From Haplodiscus bocki (lineage: Eukaryota): a stretch of 64,000 bases of DNA. Location: NCBI GenBank assembly GCA_965655095.1, contig OZ296648.1, forward strand, positions 196,602,001-196,666,000, read 5' to 3'. The position numbers were made by a program, and so were the translations under genes. Under the pieces are notes generated by a model. The model did not search any database. It saw only the letters and a list, made by a program, of their open reading frames with translations, and was not told the origin of the DNA. Positions 60,296 to 64,000 of this stretch are shown here, one piece after another. The first letter of the stretch is position 1. Each line of letters begins with the position of its first letter.

Positions 60296-63200
60296 CTAAT
60301 ATCTGTAGGAATTTGAGAAGTTCCGGTTAGGATTAGGTTGTAAGTTGCAATTACCGCCTCGTGAGAAGGTTTCGTCTTGAATAGGTTCATCTTTTTGATT
60401 GGTAGGGATATTCACCTCTGTCAATGCCCTTGAATCTGTGTCATGTAAATTTGAAGCGTGACGTACATTTGACATACCGTCATCTTCAATAGTAGCGTCA
60501 TTAGTTACGCGTGTGTCAATTTTAGTGTTGACATCATCTTGACACGAGTGCGTATCGGAGCGTGGTGACTCACCAATTGAGTCTGACGCATTATTGTACC
60601 TGCGTGTCAAATTATTGTCATCGTTATGTTGACTCACAGCCTCTCGATCACTTGTGAGTTCAAGCGTTACTGGATCACTTTATAAGTCAGGATGGTCCAA
60701 AATTGAGGGATTTGATTCTGCTGAACACATTATACTGTACAAATCAGTTTCAGGAATGACAATACCATCATCAGAGCGGAATTTTTATTGGTGTAATTGC
60801 CTTCCAAAGACGTATTCGTAGTCAATTTTCGAAGTCTGATGCGATGAAAAGTTTGATCATTGTTTGTGTTTATTTTGCCGACTAGTTAATTTTCGTTGGG
60901 TAGTACTTTTTCTATTATGTAAAGACCATCCCATGCAAAATCTGGAAATGGTATTTTAGACACCTGGTGATCTGCTTTAGGTTGTAATATGTAGCAGTAG
61001 TCTTTTTCTTGCAACGGCGAAGCTTTTGCTTTTTTGTCGTAATCTTTCTTGTGTCTGATATAAGACTGCATTACATTCTTTTTGGTCTTGTCGTACAAAA
61101 TTTGTGTCCTTCTCAACAACTCGTCTGCGAAATCTGTAGTTGGGACTAAACCAATTTTAGGTTTTAGTACGAGCTTGTAATCGAGTATGTTGTAAAGTAG
61201 TCGTCCGTGAAATGCTCGATTAGGATCATATAGGATACTCGTATGATACGTTGTGTTGTAGTTTGAAATGGCTAAAGGTAAACACTTGTGTCCTTGTTGA
61301 AGAAATTCTCCTGAGGACACTTTCAGTGAAGTCTTTATCCTGGAACGTATTCGACAAAGACTCTAATAGTTTGCATGCTTCGTTGTCGCATGGCGGAGTG
61401 TAATACCTCGAGCTTCAGCAATTTCAAGTATCACATTTGAGACGAAAAGTGAGCCTTTGTCTGTTATCATTACAGCAGGTAAGTACACACATCTTGTCAT
61501 AATGTCGATGAAATCGTTGACTGTATTGACAGCTGTTGGACTGGATACGCGGTATGCAAAGGCATATCTCGAGAAGATATCAAATGCTGTGATGATGTTT
61601 TCGTAGCCTACACTTGTTGATAGTTCTGGTAAAAGGTCTTTCTGCATGACGTCCTCTGGACCTAAATCCCATTCCGGTCTACTGATCAGTTCGGGTGTAA
61701 CTTGTGAGTTGTCAATTCGTTTGTCTTTGACCCAAGTTTTACATTTTTTCACCCATTTGCGGACGTGGTTCGCTATGGATAAGAAGTAGTATTTTTGTCT
61801 GATTTCTTGAATCATTTTAGAGATCTCTGGATGTTTGCCTCCCTTACAATGGCAATGATTTCAGTAGTGTTTCTTTTATTTGCACTGGGAGTAAGATTTG
61901 TAGGTGGCTAGCATAACCGACATCGTTGTGGTATTGTCTGTACAAGATGTCATCTTTGATTATGATGCGTTTTTTCTTTCGGCAATAATGGATGTATCTG
62001 GGATTTGTTGCTAGGATTTGTTCATCAGAAGCTAACCAAAGCATGTCTTTTGAAAATAAGTAATACCGGGTCTACATCTTCTTCAACTAGTATGCGGGGA
62101 CTTTGCTGAATGGTTCCATATTGGGCAGTAGTGTTCGTGCACTTGTCATTTATATGGCAGTGTGACACGGTTATGGTTGCCGGTTTTTCTTGTTTCGTTT
62201 TCTAGTTTGCGCTGCCAAAGTTGGTGTTCTGATGGCGATCCGGCGTCATCTGTGTGCAAAAAAGACTTGATCTTCTTTAGCTATGCCTGTTGATTCAATG
62301 TTGACTTCAATTGCTTGTGTAGGAATACTTTATCTGATTTTAAGAATTTTCTCATTTGGGTTAGACTCTAAGCGTGATAAAAAGTCAGCAGCGGTGTTCA
62401 TTTCGCCTTGAATCTCTGCTATAGTAAGATTAATTTGTAGGACAAAATCACATGCGTTCCATAATGGTGGTGGAATCATTTTGGTTGGGATGAATCCCGT
62501 CACTGATTTGCTGTCTGTCATAATAATGACTGGCTTTGGAGTTCCACAACATATGTGTTCAAATTTTTTAATTGCCAAATATAATGCTAGGAATTCTTTG
62601 GCGTAGATGGACATTTTTATTTGGGAGGGAGTAAACGTTTTGGAACCGTATGCAACTGGGGCATAGGTTTTGCGTGTTGAAATAAGTTTTTGGTTGGGAT
62701 CGTCTTCAGTCAGTCCTGCATATCCTGCTGTCTGGAAACTTGCATCTGTCCTTAACGTTATTTGTTTGTCTGGTAATGGCCGTCTAAGTGCTAATCGAAA
62801 GCATTTATCCAAGACATCATTAATCTCACGGAACTCATTCATGAGTTCTGGGGTGATGATGACCTTGCCTTCATTTTCTGTTGTTCTTAGGAGCTGGAAG
62901 AAAACGTTTAGTCTCTCTGCTAACCGTGGTATGTAATTTCCTTAGTAAATCAGGAAGCCAGTCTGTCGTTGTAGTTTGAGAGCGAGGAAAATTGACATTT
63001 TCCAAAAATTTGCGATTTTTTTTGTTTTTGTGGGGTGACGCCATTTGGTGTAAAGGTTCGTCCAACAAAATCGACTTCTTTTGTTCGAAAGTGACACTTC
63101 GCCATGGACTCTTTTAATCCTGTATTCTGGATTCATTTGAAGACTGCTCCTAAGTAAGTGATCACTAGTTGTACAGGGGAACTTGCGGCAATGCCGTTTT

Positions 63201-64000
63201 CATGAACATATTGTGCGCATTGTTCTGCTTTGATGACAGGGTCTAAGTATTCGCGCATAAAAACTGAAAAGGCTGACAGACGTCTGCTGAGACATTGTGT
63301 TAGTCTTCGATATGCGAAGGTTCTGCTGGCGAAGTTAACGCAAGCATTTCAACAGTTCTTTGGTCTGCCATTTGTAAGCAATGATATGCTTGGGAGCGGT
63401 CAAGTTTGCAAAAAAAAAGATTTTTTCCTGCCATGTCTTGTGCTGCGTCTGCTAGTGTACTGACGGGATGATTGTCGTTTGCGTACAAGTCTGATATTAG
63501 AATGTTAATTTTAAGTGAAACTACGAGAAGACATAGTTTACCGTTTGGTTTTCTTTGCCCGAAGATGGTAATCGCGTATTTGCTCAATAGTTATGTGATA
63601 ATAATGCCGTACTTATGTAGTAAAGCTAATTCTACTATGATGTCTTATTTTGAGTTGATTGGAGTTGGTAGACTTTGACTATGAGCTGGACGTTCATCAA
63701 TAGGTGTCAATTTAACCTTTAGGTTATTATTGATACCTATGTCGAATCTGTGCCTCGCCAAGATGTCGTGGAATTCACCGAGTAATTCTTCAATGGCTTT
63801 TCGTGCTTCCGTGTCTAATGTTGAGTCAGTCCAATTGAAATTAGACAAAAATTGTTAACGTGACTCTTGGATGTCTTGTGGATTGAGTTGTTCAAGCTTC
63901 GGTAAAGCTATCAATTCTTGAAGTATATGTTTCTGTATTGATGTATGTTGGGCTTCATCACCGGGTTCCTGAGGTGTAGATAACCAACATGTTTCGTAAG
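60296..64000 (-). mobile_element. Ty3/gypsy pol pseudogene (RT, RNase H, integrase), continuing beyond the window
   Basis: RT (RKPNGKLCL, FCKLDRSQAYHCL), RNase H (TDASF, YAKEFLA, TDSKS, NTAADFLSR), integrase (DIFSRYAFA, ITDKGS) in gypsy order. Many frameshifts. Confidence 0.92.

Overview
AT-rich, repeat-dense eukaryotic (animal-like) DNA. The host gene is the 3' part of a DLK/LZK-type MAP3K (MAP3K12/13-like) on the minus strand. Six phase-compatible exons lie between 52091 and 9973; the kinase core is upstream, outside the window. Its introns are packed with mobile DNA. The main object is a full-length 13.9-kb Polinton/Maverick (adintovirus-like) endogenous dsDNA virus at 22618-36503. It has AGTAGT...ACTACT termini, ~165-bp TIRs and a 6-bp TSD (ACCGTA/ACCGTT). 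It encodes a packaging ATPase, integrase, penton, core protein, major capsid, adenain protease and a convergent protein-primed PolB. It is pseudogenised but unusual in three ways: apparent spliceosomal GT-AG introns, including one inside the PolB exonuclease region and two that add a Ser-rich/acidic tail; an N-terminal PHD finger on the integrase with no C-terminal chromodomain; and a PLA2-like ORF. Also present are an env-bearing Ty3/gypsy relic (about 1.9-6.7 kb), a 1.8-kb solo LTR with a covarying palindrome array, an old full-length gypsy element (39146-44680), a gypsy pol flanked by an antisense intron-containing gene (55.9-64 kb), Tc1- and hAT-type MITEs, LINE-like remnants and microsatellites. 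All family calls come from motifs read by eye; no database search was run.
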